From Eledone cirrhosa (taxonomy: Eukaryota), in NCBI GenBank assembly GCA_964016885.1, contig OZ024762.1, forward strand, positions 23,560,001 through 23,624,000: 64,000 nucleotides of DNA. The letters run 5' to 3'. The notes beneath the pieces were generated by a model. It saw nothing but the letters and a program-made list of their open reading frames with translations. It was not told the origin of the DNA and did not search any database. Below, piece by piece: positions 62,710 to 64,000 of this stretch. The position numbers were made by a program, and so were the translations under genes. Position 1 is the first letter of the stretch. Each line of letters opens with the position of its first letter.

Positions 62710-62880
62710 GATAGGGACCCCAGTCCCTATCATCTCATTTCTACAGCTGAGTAAACTGGAGCAACGTGAAATAAAGTGTTTTTCTCAAGGAAACAACACA
62801 TCACCCGGTCTGAGAATTGAACTCACAACCTTTCAATTGCAAGCACAATACTCTAACCACTAAGCCATGTGCCTTCACTG
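62710..62880 (-). mobile_element. CORE-type tRNA SINE
   Basis: Minus strand: tggcttagtggttagag...gagttcaattc...tttccttgagaaaaacactttatttcac...cagctgtagaaatgag. Confidence 0.7.
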
Positions 62881-63442
62881 TGTTAGAGAGGAAAATCAAA
62901 TACTGGGGAAACTCGTTAAGAGCTGTTGCACTACCAACGTCCAAAGTGCACATCGTTAGTTTTAGCAAAGGCGCGTTCGACTGCTGGGCGGAAGTGGTCA
63001 TTAGTATTCATACGTCACCAACCTTACAGAGCTGGCGACTGACCAAGCACGACCAAATTACACCACAGTGATAAAATAGTACTTTCCTGTCTCGCTACAG
63101 AGCCATGCGTGTGTTTTCTAATCGAAAGTCGAACACTCTAACGAGTAGGCCACGGATTAACTCTAAACAGTAACTCTAGGGAAACGGTTAAAAGCGGACG
63201 TAGAGTACACTTCCGTTGGTTCTTTTTTTATTCAGAAGTATGCCAAACAATATATCAAACCGGAAGTGACGCCATTGATTGAAATGTATTATCTGTGAAA
63301 CAAGAACGTGATGAAGCCGTAAAATAACTGAATCGAAAATATGACAAAAACAAACAAACATATTAAAACAAACATGAATAAAAGACAAAAAAATATTGTT
63401 TAAATACACAACAATTAAACTAGCAGAATGATTTTAAAAGAT

Positions 63443-63514
<72 letters not shown>

Positions 63515-63546
63515 TATATATATATAATATATATATATATATATAC

Positions 63547-63613
<67 letters not shown>

Positions 63614-63651
63614 ACATATATATGTATATGTATATATATATATATTATATT

Positions 63652-63720
<69 letters not shown>

Positions 63721-63916
63721 ATATATATACACATATATCCATGTATATATATATATATATATTATATTTATATATATATATATGTATATATATTATATAT
63801 ATACACATATATCCATGTATATATATATATATATTATATTTATATATATATATGTATATATGTATATATATATACGTATGTATATATATATATATAATAT
63901 ATATATATACACATAT

Positions 63917-63954
<38 letters not shown>

Positions 63955-64000
63955 CATACATATACATATATATACATTATACACCCACACACACACACAC

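Overview
This is eukaryotic, AT-rich, microsatellite-saturated DNA. The tRNA-derived Meta- and CORE-type SINEs and the repeat landscape suggest an octopus/cephalopod genome, which is an inference. Almost every entry in the ORF track is a microsatellite artefact. The main hidden signal is about 19 type-I hammerhead ribozyme (HHR) motifs, intact or degenerate, from at least 8 sequence families. They were found by eye as stem I-CTGANGA-stem II-GAAA-short (usually palindromic) stem III-TH-stem I'. They lie in short non-coding Penelope-like (PLE) insertions embedded in (AT)n tracts, mostly built as head-to-head inverted pairs with one long and one short 3' terminus, and one is joined to a GIY-YIG endonuclease remnant. 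A tRNA-headed SINE-like family shows the same inverted architecture. Also present: two mariner derivatives with extended inverted ends, two hAT MITEs, a Tx1/L1-like LINE sitting in (GATA)n, and CRE- and RTE-like LINE remnants whose coding sequence has expanded into tandem arrays. Several satellites show higher-order structure. Three phase-compatible candidate exons may be the 3' end of an unidentified + strand gene. All structures were read manually and none was confirmed by folding software or database search.
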